Source: Raillietiella orientalis
Taxonomy: Eukaryota
DNA length: 64,000 nucleotides
Assembly (NCBI GenBank): GCA_036172245.1
Contig: JAYWIR010000023.1
Location: forward strand, 2,418,001 to 2,482,000
Direction: 5' to 3'
Shown here: positions 1 through 12,120 of the stretch, piece after piece
Layout: each line of letters starts with the position of its first letter
Position numbering within the stretch: position 1 is the stretch's first letter
Program-made: the position numbers and the translations under genes
Notes under the pieces: model-generated
Seen by the model: the letters and a program-made list of their open reading frames with translations, nothing else
Databases searched by the model: none
What the model was told of the DNA's origin: nothing

Positions 1-2961
1 GAAGCTTTCTTCAATGTCTCGAAACGAGAAGCAAATCCTGCCCTCAGTCAAATCTCTATTTATTACGGTTATTCGAGATTCAAAGGCAGCTTCAGTTTCA
101 TCAGCATGCAATGGTATGTCTTGCAAGGAGTCCATAATTACTTCGAAGAACCCATTTTCTTCCGCCCTTGTGTTTTGAATCTGGAGGCTCGTCGTGTTTG
201 TATTTATGCAATAAGAAACTCCTCATGGTCTGTAATTTGCTTTTCTCTTCACTATTTTTTTCTTTCGAGCATGTCTGCTCCAACCGACGTCTGTGTTTTC
301 CGGTTTCTCTTTTGGAGATACCCATTTATACTTCTGTGTGCAAATATCTTTTCGAACTAAGGAAGCGCATTCTCGGATCTTCCACTCTTGCAGAAATTGA
401 GTCTTTCCTTAATGCACTCTGAGAAGCTCTTTATTGCGTTTGAAAGCAGAGTAGGTGCACCAAGTCTTTGATTTCCCTCCGAATGATAAGTTGCATTGCA
501 TGGCCTCATGAATTTTGTTTCCATGGATTTTTGCTTCTCGGCATAAGTACGAGACCGTTCTTCTCGTACACCCTTCCCAAGCTTTCCCTCGAAAAACAAA
601 AAAGGAAACAAAAAGGAAAAACTTTCTGTTCTCCCGCCCTGCGTCTTGGATCGATTTCTACTTCTCTTACCCACGTGGGTGCCCTATTTTTCATGATAGC
701 AAAACGGCTTGGAATTTTCGTGCAGACTGAGTTAACTCGAGGAAAATGCATTTTGCAAATGCTCGCAGCCAACGGCAGCTGTGCTCCCCAGTCACGTCAA
801 ACGAGAGAGAAAAAGGAAAAAGATGCACGTCGGCATGAAGCAAATTGAAAACCCTCTATTGGACTTAAAGGTCTTCAAAGCAAATCACTTTGTGAATGGA
901 AGCTGGGGAGATACTGAAATTAATTCGTAAACTTCGCGCTTCAAATTCAGGTCCACTGGTGAAGGTCTGGAGTCTTATTCGGAATCAACTTGAGGAGGAA
1001 GGCATGAAAAAAAGAAGCGTTGCTAAGGATTTTGGAGTTAGCTTGCGTATTTCACACCTTACACTGGTTTATCGAAGGCTCTATCCCTTGCTTCCAAGAA
1101 CTTCCAAACTTCTTCGAATGTCGCGAGTTGTGTCATCAGGAAGACCCCGTGATTCGAGTTACTGCACGAGCTTGAATTTCATCACCAATAACTGTATCAT
1201 ACCTCTTCCATATGGGGGATTTCTGGAAATTTTCACGGACCTGATGTTTGGAATGTTTGAGAAGTGAATTTGAATGGCCATCCTCCTGTCATCAATTCAG
1301 AGTTATTGCATACGAATGAAAGCTTGGTGTTTCAGGAAGGCAATTTCTTCCAGAAGTTATCCCTTTATTGAAGTCTTCACGATAGTTTAAAATAGAAAAC
1401 CAGATTGCCAAACGAGAACTTGATGAAGAAATCGGCCTAAGATCCTGTTAGTGACGGATTAGAGATTCCAATAGATATGACGTTTCTGTCTAGGAAAAGA
1501 GACGTCTTTCGGTCCAGAGGAAAGATTTCAACCATCCGAGGGAACTTGCTAAAGACCTCCTAATCTATTAATGCTTCCTCCAAAAGAGTATCTCCTGATC
1601 TTCATATGTTGCAAACATGAACCTAGTTGAACTGATATGGAAGAGGTATGATACAGTTATTGGTGCTGTAACTGAGAGTGGACCACTAGATAAATTGTTA
1701 GTATGTGTCACTTGTCTTATATGCTATATACTATATCTATCAGTCTTAGATAAGAAATGAAAGAGTAAATCGAAAACTCTGAATAACTAGAAAAAAATGC
1801 ATACCCGCACAAATCGGAGCTACTAACGAATTTTTTTAAAAAAAAAGAAAAATGGAAACACCCAAGAAAACTTGAACCTTAAATCATGGAAGCAAGCAGA
1901 CGCTTTCCAGCTTTCCATTGAATAAGTTCCTAGTGATGCTTGGATCACCGTCGTTCTTTTTCTAGAAACTAATGAAAAAGCACAAATATGAGGGGGAAAA
2001 AATATTGAAGCTTCGGGAAGGAATTATTATTTCGTTTCTGAAGAGAAAGTTTCGGATCAGGGTGGCATCATAATTCATCATTGCTTTCACGCATTGAAGC
2101 AATGCCCAAAATGAGTTGGTGGATTCATCCAAACTATGGGCATAATACAGAAAGAGGAGCGAGAATGAAATAAGCGATTCATAAAAAGAGCAAGGATTTG
2201 TCGTTATGGAAAAGGAAGTCATGTTCTGTTGGTTCATAGCTCCAATGAGGATCCACCATCAGAACAGCGTCGTTGCTACGTAACGCGCATCAGATTCCCG
2301 ACAGTGAGGTGCATGCAATCAGCTAAGAAATGACTTGGTGAGATGGTAACAGATTCGCTGAGAGGATTATGACTTAGGCGTTCTCTCCGAGCCCACTTCA
2401 GGCTTAAAGTCTCCTGATTTGATCTGTTGGATCTCAGAGTAGTCCTTGGATGAACTTCCCGTTCATGGAATTGAGGCATTTTATAAAGTGACACAGAATT
2501 TGTATCCATGCACTTTCTCACCAGTCACATTCTCACCAGAAGTTGCGGGCTCTACAGAAGAAATGAAAAAATTCAGAACGGAAGAAGGATGCAGAATCCA
2601 CAAATTGTGAATTGTCTGCATGAAGATAGGTCACATTCGATGAGATAACCAAACATGGGTCGGAATTTAGAAAAAACGTGGTCATGTCCTCTCGAAGCTC
2701 GCTCGAGCTCTTCCGTAAAATTCGTGGATGGCTCTTCATTCCATCCCAAGTCGGAAGATGATGGAATTGGTGGGAGATGCACTGATGATTTTGCAGCCTC
2801 GACAAGAATCACAATGGTCGCAGGAAATTTAATCTTGAAAATCATCTTGCAAAGCGAAACACAACAGTTATGCATTATTATTATTTTCTGCTTCTGTGGT
2901 TATGGCGTTACCGCGCACCGCAAGTTCAGCGCACCAAACACAATTATCATCTGCACAAATT

Positions 2962-3035
2962 CAAGTCGCTTGAAACACTTGTCGAAATAGGTCCAAGTCC
3001 CTTAAAACACGTGTCGAAATAGGTCCAAGTCGCTT
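2962..3035. repeat. 32-bp tandem repeat, ~2.3 copies
   Basis: caagtcgcttgaaacacttgtcgaaataggtc at 2962, a variant at 2994, and a partial copy at 3026. Confidence 0.9.
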
Positions 3036-4508
3036 CAATAAGCAGAGAAACTGTTTCCAAAGCGCAAGACCTTTCGGTTCCAAACGGCATTTCCAGCATG
3101 CCGAAAAGGCGGTTGAACACTTGGCCAGGGGGTGCAAAGAGAGGACAGAGCAAAAGAATCGAATTATTCCGGATGCTAGTGTTGTTTGCATCACATCAGC
3201 GGATGGTGTACAATGACTGGCCTGAGCATCCAAAGTCGATGTTTATTTCTCTTGTTTTCAAGGATCGAAATGCAATCATTGCATCGAAGAAGGAGCACAT
3301 TCGTGGAAGTGAAGGCCATCCGTAATTTTGACACTGCAAGCAAATGCTGAGAGATCATACCTTCAAAACAACCGAGCGAACTCTTGCACAGACTGATACT
3401 TTTTTCAAACGCGTAGAGCATGCAAATGGGATACTGAATGCAAACTTCCCACTCTCATGCTTTGAAAAAGGGCGACGAAGAATTTTCTTCCTCTGATAAA
3501 AGAGTTCCCTCCATCCGAAAGCTTCCAGCAGGAAGGGAATGATGCCATGAGGCAGAAAGGCTTATTTCATAGGAGCGATGAGTATATCACCAACCTGGAT
3601 GTAATGTTGCCCACCTAACAAATTCATGAAAGTCTAACTCAGCTATTGGGAAAGATAATAGAGAACACCATTCCCCGACGGTGACCACAAAATGCAAAAA
3701 TAGACTCTTCTTCAAGTGCTGGGTAGAGGGAGATGTTCTCGTGTGATTGCGGTGACTTGTGAAGCAGTTGGCTTGTGATTACGGTGACTTGGATATTCAC
3801 GTGTGAAACTGCACAAGGATTGTTCGTCTCATTGATTTCTCATTGCGAATCTGAGCTCGAAAGCCCGGATTACCTGGATGAAAAATGCTCTTTGCGCTGG
3901 CATGCCAATGCTGCCATGAGGTTTCTGCTTGCTTTGCTGATCTTCGTACGATCGTATGATCTCAGTTACATCGTGTATGGACCTCCTTCTCACTCGTACG
4001 TTTTACGTTCACATCGATGTAGCTTCCGCTGCTCTCCTACTACTGCATCCCAAGGTGGACTGCAGTTGCGATCTCTTCTGAACAAATCGAAATGTTACTT
4101 GCACTCTTGCATTCTTTCATTGCTCTTTAACAAGCATCATTCTGATGCCGATTTTAGTCATCCACTTTATTCTGGATTCCTTCATCTTTGCCTATATTAT
4201 ATCCCATGTACAATTCTCATAAAGTCCATTCGCTAATTTTCTCATTCCGGTTTTTTGAGCATCCTTTTTTCCTTCTGTATCCTTGTACGGCCTTCTTGCG
4301 CAGAACGGGTTTCTGCTCCATCTCGGGGCGCTTAGATTTTCTTCCTTGTCTTCTGAACCTGTTCTTTGTTTTTCTCCTGTTTCACAGTTCCCTCAAATTG
4401 TGATTTCAGATTGTGACCCATTGAAAACTGTTAAAAAAAAATTCTCTCCACGTACAAATCTAACATGCAAAGTGATGAGAAATCTGTGTACATGTGTTTT
4501 TTCTCCAG

Positions 4509-4665
4509 CTTAACCTCGTGCACATAAAAAGCACAGAAGGTGAGACTTTTATAAACATGGGCATGGATCTTCACGATTATTATCCGAGTGTTGAATGGGA
4601 CATCATGTCGGTGCCAGCTGAAATGCATAGGAAATTTTACCCTTGCTGTCCGGAGCCATTTTCAG
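4509..4665 (+). CDS. nAChRalpha2: Nicotinic acetylcholine receptor alpha2-like subunit, internal exon (ligand-binding domain, loop F to loop C)
   Basis: Acceptor ttctccag|4509 and donor 4665|gtggg. Encodes LNLVH...YYPSVEWDIMSVPAEMHRKFYPCCPEPFS, with the vicinal Cys pair (YPCC) diagnostic of alpha subunits. The phase-1 end joins the next exon (G|AC = Asp). Upstream exons were not found in the window. Confidence 0.93.
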
Positions 4666-6268
4666 GTGGGGCGTTTACCTTCTTGAAGTGAAAAACGTGA
4701 AAAAGATCTCCTCCTCACCTGAGCGCACTGTTTTCCTTTGCATGATGCGCATCTGGATTTTGTTATCTGATCAGAGATTGTAAAATCGTGTCTCCGGTGG
4801 TGTTCCTCCGAGACAGCTCTGCATCTTTCCCACATTCTGTACTATAGCTAGAGTCTATTGAATGCCACTCTGTAGGAAGTCACAGAGAAATTTCATGTAC
4901 ATTTTTTCGTGTACAGTACGTTCACATTACGGAAGACTTTCTAGGCTCCGTGGCTGACAACAGACACTTTACTTATTTAGAACTGATATTTAGAGGACGA
5001 TAATAACCGATGTTTCAATCGACGCTCGCAATTTTCGGTTTCTGTACGAATTTTTACATGTAAATCCAAAATCTTCCTTGCCACTCATTCGTAGATGAAT
5101 CTTTTTATTTTCCTGAAACTTTGAGTGACACAGAGCTGCATCCAACCGTTTGCTACCTCTGCGCTGACTTTGCAAAACATTTTCCTAATAGCCTTTGCAA
5201 GTTACTTTTGCCGAATGCCTGGTCAAGATGAATTCATTCACCTCTGCGGTATAGGTTGGTCACTTAATAGTGAGCCACAAGAAAGGTAGCTATGTCTCCT
5301 GCTGAACTGTTCTCATCTCAAGAGCACCTTCTCTTAACGGCAATGTAATGCAGTTTCCCAGTTCTCGGTAATAATATCAATAAACCTCTCCTTGGTTTAA
5401 AGTATGACTGAAGCCTTTTGCCTTTTGATATTTATTACTGGACTCAGCTTTAGAAAATAGATGCTCCAATTGAAGAAATCTTTCATCCGAGGTGTTGTGC
5501 ATCAGCCTTCTTAAGGAAGGAGCGCTTCTTGGCTTTGGTAGGGTTTTTTTTTTTTTTTTCGATGTGGTTCTTGAGAAAAACGTACTCTGGAAAAAAACAA
5601 AATCCCGGGATTGGAACGCATCCTTGCCTAGACAGAAAGACATGACAAGCAATGTGGAACACTCAAAAAGTGTCAGACGGGTTTTTTTTTCTTTCAAGAG
5701 GTTCCAATCCCTATTTTAGGAGTACTTCTGCAAAACGTAAGAAAGGAGCTTCAGCGAAAATAGAATAGATGAGACCCTATGAAACGGAATACTGACTTGG
5801 ATGCATGACCTGAGGATGGAACATTTCCCTTCATTGGTGATGTTTCACTTAATGCCAGAGTCTGTCGGTCGTGTTTGGTGCCTTTCGTAGAATGCGATGT
5901 GAGAACCTCAACGGCTCGTCCGAAAATATCCTGGGTTGAAAATTTTGTCGCAGAATTTCGATGATTCAGACTTGAGGCAAAGGAGCAGTTTTGGAAGGAC
6001 CAAAGGGGATGAGAGTAGCAAGAGGGAATATTGTTTTTCCTATCCAGGAAGTTTCGCTGATTCGCTTCCGAATGCAATGGCAACCGATTCCGATCGCGAC
6101 GGCAAACGTCTGTTCTTTGAAGTGCTCTCAGAATCCGAGAGATGCCCGAAACAGTTAGGACCTCATGCTCTTGCGCTTCGAAGAGACCGCTAACTCGATG
6201 GCGCACCTTCAAAAAAAAGACTGCGGCTGCTTTTCCGCATTTTATTATTTGGTTTTCTGTGATTTCAG

Positions 6269-6936
6269 ACATCTTCTTCAACATCACAATACGCAGGAAG
6301 ACACTGTTCTACACTGTCAACCTGATTGTCCCGTGCGTGGGTATCTCCTACCTATCCGTCTTGGTGTTCTACCTACCCGCCGATTCCAACGAGAAAGTGG
6401 CCCTCTGCATCACGATTCTCATATCACAGACCATGTTCTTCCTCCTCGTGTCTGAAATCATACCAAACACTTCCCTGAGTGTCCCACTTCTGGGGAAATA
6501 CTTGCTGTTCACCATGATGCTGCTTGCCGTCAACGTAATCATCACCATAGTGATCCTGAACATTCATCACCGCAAGCCAAGCACCCACCGCATGTCTCCA
6601 TGGGTGAAACGAATATTTATTAAGAAGCTCCCGCGTTTCCTCTTGATGCGGGTGCCCTCCAGGGAGGAAGCGTGTGCCTTCAAGTACGGGAAGAGAGTGC
6701 ACGGCCACGATCGCCTGCGGGGCACGGGTGACGGACGCCTGAGCATATTCAGCTTCACGGGCATTCCTCCTCCACCGCCACCACCGGGATCGCGCATAAC
6801 ATCAGTGCAAGAGCAGAGCGAAACCCTGCACAGAGAAATGCCCAACGACCGCCGCTACCCCATCGAAATCGAGAAAGCTATCCAGAACGTCCGCTTCATC
6901 CAGCAACATCTGAGCTCTCAAGACGAGTTCAGAGAG
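6269..6936 (+). CDS. nAChRalpha2: nAChR alpha2-like exon encoding TM1-TM3 and the cytoplasmic loop
   Basis: Acceptor gatttcag|6269 and donor 6936|gtaag. Encodes [66 protein letters not shown]...[10 protein letters not shown]. The SQTMFF TM2 signature matches the arthropod alpha2 clade as I recall it. Confidence 0.96.
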
Positions 6937-7799
6937 GTAAGGGGAAGGGTTGCGATGCATGCACGTGCTATGCACGCCCGGTGAAGAGCGGCAGTCCCCA
7001 GAGAGTCACGACATGGTTGCGTACTTTTCTGAGCACGCGTTCAGGGGCGTCCTGCAGAGCGAGCAGAGGGTGATTCTGAAAAATCACACCGAGGACGCAT
7101 TTCCGTTCTTCCGCGATTCTCCTCCTCCCTTAAGATCGAAGTTCGGAATGTGCGCGAGGCAGCAGCGCGTCTTCCTCCCTCCTAATTGGATAATATTCGA
7201 GGTACCTCGCGGGTATCTGCGCGTCTCTTCCAAGTCGAAGATCAAAAAAGCCCAAAGAAGCAACCCCAAAGAGGAGGGGTGTGGTACGAAACTCGTGGTG
7301 CCGAGAGCAGGGATTTGGGACCAAACCTCCTCTCCCTGTTTCCCGAACCGGAAACGCCTTCGGAGCTCGACTTCCCACTCTTGTGGCAACTGACTGAAAA
7401 TTTCGCGCTAAGAATGATCGTTGCTAACGCCGCTGCGCTGTTCCGGCTCTCCAAGCCGAAGGAGCATACGAATTCCAGCATGCGCCGCCCGATATTCATC
7501 CGTTATTCTATTCATACTTATTATTCCAATCCACTATTCTATGGATTCGTATTCGTCAAACAACGGATGCAAACAAAATCTGACCATGGCCAATCCATGG
7601 TGCCCGCCGACAAACTCGTGACGAGTAACTTAGTAGTGACTCCTTGAAAAAAATGGGAGAAAAAGGAAAAGCCCGTTTTTTATAAGTCACTTCCCCAAAA
7701 AAAAGAACTAATAAAATACAGGCGGTCCTAGCACTTGAACATTCTGGGGACAATCCGAGAACTCACCAATGAAGAAGCGACATCTTCATCTGTGGTTAG

Positions 7800-8620
7800 C
7801 TTTGGAGTTCCCGATCAACGAATGATTTCTTTTTTTCCGACCAGCTCAGGGACACAGGAACTCTCGTAAGCCTTATGTACCACCGTACTCGCTAATGTTT
7901 CGGAATCCCACTGGCCCTGAGGGAACCAAAATCGGGCAGCAACAGGGACATGAAAGATATGACCCTTCCATTGAAGACACTGAATTCTTTGAAGCCAAAA
8001 GCCCTCAGCATCCACCACGTTCTGGCTTTTGCTGGAGAGCGCCCTCTCGTAGCACTGACAGTCCTCGACTTAGTGTGAAGGAAACGAGTATCAGAGAGCA
8101 ATGTTAAAGGTCAAGCTCGAGTCTAAATATTGCTGACCTCCTAAGGTGAAATCGATTCCTTTGCACAGAGCAAGGTCAGGGCGTCACAACAATCGACCAG
8201 TAAAAGGAGAGCCTCATTTCACAGTTTGATGCTTTGAAAGAAACTGGATGGATCGACAAAATTACGCAGGAAGATAAATGCTAATGAGACAATTATCCGG
8301 TCATCAATTCTCGGAACTGGATGATTTGTGCCAAGGCAACCCACAGCACCTAAATGATCATCCTAAACGTTCAAAACAAACTCATGTGGAGAAACTTCTC
8401 GTTCCTAAGCTAGATGCCTGTCCAAGTCTGGTGGTCCCTTTCCTCCGCTTCAGGGGATGAGATCAGTAGATACTTCGAAGTATTTCCTCATGGATCCAAA
8501 ATTTGGTTGAATAAAGGAACAGTGATCGAGCAGAGCATCACTACTAACCCATCCTCAAGCATCTGGGAAAGTTTTTCAACAGTCAGTTTATCAATTCGTG
8601 GTTTGTCTTCTGCCATTGGA
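7800..8620 (-). mobile_element. Decayed Ty1/Copia gag-protease relic
   Basis: MAEDKPRIDKL (ATG 8616) resembles a Copia gag N-terminus. Downstream LPDFGSLRASG and CVPEL resemble the protease/pre-integrase region. Many stops and frameshifts. Confidence 0.4.
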
Positions 8621-9956
8621 CATAACTGGAGGCTAAAGAGGCTTTGCGGAAGGGAATCATGACTGCTCAGATAAGTTGAGCAGGATTTCAAACACGTGGT
8701 CATGGGACTAAGGTTGATAAGGTTAACAGCCTACAGAAGCAGGTGGCATGTGTGCGCGAGGGATTTAGGAAAGAAGCAGAGAAAAATCTAGCTAAGGAAG
8801 CTACTAACCAATCAGTATGAGCCAACCGAGCCAAGATCGTGCTTTCTTTACTTATTAATGCCATTAACCAGCATGGATATCTCACGGATCTTGAGAATCT
8901 GACTTTTTTTCCGGTTATCGTCCCTCAGCACAGTTGCGAGGGATTATACGTCCGTCTCTTCTCGCTCAGAAGAATTATTAAAATCGTATCTGTGAAGTTT
9001 CTTCAACTCCCGCCATTTCGCAATTGGAACTTCTTTCCATTTCTTAAGAATACATTTCAATGGTGGATGTTTGATCTCACGCTTGAAGGAACGGGAGCAG
9101 TCGTTGGTATCATTGGTCAGCCCTACGATCCATCGAAGAATTCACTCATTTCACACACGTTCTTCCTGGGAGGGAATTTCCTTACGTTCTTGGAAAGGCA
9201 GTGAATTACGTTTCACCGGATACCTTCGACTGTTCCTCCTTCCAGGTTTTCAAATTTCTTGTTTTTTTTTCTGCCAGCATGAAGTTGTCTGCATTGAACT
9301 TTCTTAAAACAACAACAAACACGTCCAACGCTTGAAAATTTTTCCTCCCTTGGAAAATCATCTGCAGAAGTTCTCCAAGGAACTCAACAAACTGATCTAT
9401 AATTAACAGGCTGATGGTCGATTCGAGGAAAGGATAGATGTTTGTGCCCTGAGCGATTTTCCGAGAATCGGGAAGACCAGCAGCTAGCAGCTGCCGTACC
9501 GGACGGAGCTGGAGATTTTCAACCGGCCCGCGATGCTGTTCAGGAACAACGAAAGGAGTGCACACTTTCTTGATAGCATCCACGCTCGTCCACTTTGAGA
9601 TGCGTCCGCGCGCGCGCGCTCATTCCGCGTGTTTTCCCGATCATACCTTTTTCGTGTTCCTCACTCTATCATTCTACTGTCCACAACGATGGAAATTTCA
9701 GAAATCAACGCGTCCCCCTCTCTTCTTTTTCTTCTAGTGCGTTATAGCCTTCCTTCTTAACCTTCTATAGGTTCGATTTTTTTTTTTACTCCTACAAAAA
9801 AATTTATGTAACGTGAAATTAACGACTACCAACCTCTAGTTACGAATTAATGATAAATTCCGCAGTTGAAATGATTTTATTGCAAAGGATGTGCTTTGTG
9901 TCTTTGAGGTTGCAACGGCTTACAACGTACAACGCATTTGTGCATGTCGGAAAAGC

Positions 9957-10195
9957 TCAAGCATGGAATTCCATAAAACAGTTTGTACCTTGCGTTGAAC
10001 GTAAATGTACACGTTGCATTTCGAACATTTTAGTTTTGGAACTCCTTTGCACCCCGGCTTTCTGCAGCCTCCCCTCTTATCCGGAGAGAGGGGCCAACAT
10101 GCTATTTCATCTTTTAGCACCTTTTCGACTGGAAGTGTTCACTCGCCCCCCTTTTCTTCTCCTCTTCTAATTGTTCATCCACGGCAGTTGGTACA
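9957..10195 (-). mobile_element. piggyBac (PGBD-type) transposase C-terminal cysteine-rich domain, frameshifted relic
   Basis: ...EEEKKRG / LPVEKVLKDEIACWPLSPDKRGGCRKPGCKGVPKLKCSKCNVY, then a frameshift to TNCFMEFHA-stop. This is the typical KDxIxHWP...RCxxxxC...KCxKCxV...NCFxxFH ending. TIRs were not established. Confidence 0.75.
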
Positions 10196-11609
10196 CGGAA
10201 TCCTACATATATTATAGCTCGTTGCGATTTGAAAGTCACAAAGCTGTATCATGTGAAAATAATAGCAAAATGGTTGTTTAAATGAAAACAAGGAAGAGAT
10301 TATCGAAATACAGACCAAGAGCTATTACGTAGGCTTTTCCTCGTTTATCAAAACACCGATAGAACAAAAACTCATGACAACTGCACAGGATGGTTCACAA
10401 CTTTTATCTATAGACAACTAGCCAAGGCATTTACCTCGATATCTCGGGTTAGAGTTGATATCCGCTACCAAGACTGTTACTGGTTACCAAGGAGACGTTA
10501 TACAAGATGTATATGCAACCTTGCGATAAAAGATTGAACACATCAATAAGATATCGATATATTGATATGTGACTTCAAATTCACACCTGCATATAGAAGG
10601 TTAGCATGGCGATGGTAGTCAGAAGAGTTCTGCATCTCTTTTCGCGAGACATTTGATCATTAGTTTGCGGAATCCATCCGTACAGTGTATGCGGAGTACC
10701 TCGCATCCTGACTCTTAAGTGACCGATGACCGGATGCCGCCGAATGCCATGCGGCTGCTATTCCAGAAGCGCGTCGCGGGGCGATTTCCTTCTTTGGAAG
10801 ATGTCAGGGGCAGAGGCATTCTTCAGCGGCACCGGAAGTTTTGGGGGAGAACGGAGAAATGAGCCATAGAAACGAAGCCGAGCATGAACTGAGAGAGCTG
10901 TGCGGGCTCGACTCAACAAACAGAACTGGGGGAAAGCAGTCCGTGCGGATGCAACTTTTGGCAACTGACCTACAGATCTCTGCGCGCACGAAATCTTGAC
11001 CTAACCTTGATTCCGGACCACTGTCAGCAAAACTGAAGGCTGCAGGACGAGTGCTGCGAAGGTGGAGACTGTGGGAATTCAGAGCTTTTCCCAGCACGCA
11101 CGGCGATGTCTTCTCCTGAGAAGTGATGGGAGGTAGCGGCTGGTTCCTCGGAGGCTGGTTCCTTTTATCAAAGATGCGACAAGTGGTTGCTTCTCTCCAG
11201 TCCAGAAACCTTGTGGTTAAGGACTACGATTCTATAAAAAAAAGGAAAAACTTCAGCGACCACGGGATGTCAACAGGAGATTTGCCAGGGAAGATCTTGC
11301 CACTGGACGACGTTCTCGCGCAAGCAGGAATGGCCTGAATCCTTTTTCTGGAAAACACCCGCATTTCCTCCAGAAAAATGACTCGTGCGCTTGCAAAGTT
11401 GAAGATGAGCAAAAATCAGGGGCATTGCGCTGAAGCCGGAGACGAGACAGTGTGCAGCTACAATAAGGTACTTCATCACCCAGAGTCCGAGACGGAAAAG
11501 CAGTCCTCAGTTAAGGACGGATAGTTTTGTGCAACGCCCGCAGGCACATGACTCTTGCTTGAAGCTAAGAGTCTGTCCTGTAGAATGAGGCAGACTTTGG
11601 AGCGAATGA

Positions 11610-12120
11610 GGAAGGGAACCTCTTCAACCTCTCCTTATTCTCTCCGGAGGGGACCACTCCTCATTTCTTCTCCAAAGGGACCCCCTCGAAAATGATGCGC
11701 TCCATGTTTCCTCCTCCGAAGAGAACCCCGAAGAGATGCTTCCAAAAATTTCTCTGAAGGGCGCTCCCCGAAGGAAGCAGAGAGCTTCTTGACGATCTGG
11801 AGAGACAAACCCTCCGAGGGAGGTATCAACCAGCTTCATGGCACGGCTCCCTTATACAGCCGGAGGGGAACCCCGAAGGAAGCCGGCTTGTTGATCCCTG
11901 GAAGGAGCCAGGAGGGTCAACTTTCAGTCCCGGCCGGTCAGCGGGAGCATCCAGCTTCCACAGTATCGCACTTGAAGTCAGCAGGTCAACAAGTGTCATC
12001 TTGCGGGTGGAACTCGATAACCACGACGCACCTATTTTTCCGGAATCGAGCCTCCACGTGGAGATTCGGACCCGCAACGCTTCGGGCGGAGACTGCAGCA
12101 GCCACGCGGCAGCCAAAGCG
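11610..12120 (-). mobile_element. tRNA-derived SINE-like repeat copy in the nAChR intron
   Basis: Head gattcggacccgcaacgctt...gcggagactgcagcagccacgcggcagccaa matches 45042-45102; the body has the same ctccgaagRgaacccc modules. Confidence 0.7.

Noticed and set aside
101..1700. Penelope GIY-YIG (-, ~100-420) and LINE RT (+, ~900-1270) remnants
   Set aside because: Only faint motif echoes (RETGKHRRRL; AKDFGV), too weak to call. The same applies to possible LINE traces at ~2280-2800, ~57500-57800 and ~59300-60500.
2962..3035. 32-bp repeat (and the SINE internal modules) as a CRISPR array
   Set aside because: Copies are contiguous with no unique spacers, no cas genes are present, and the context is eukaryotic.
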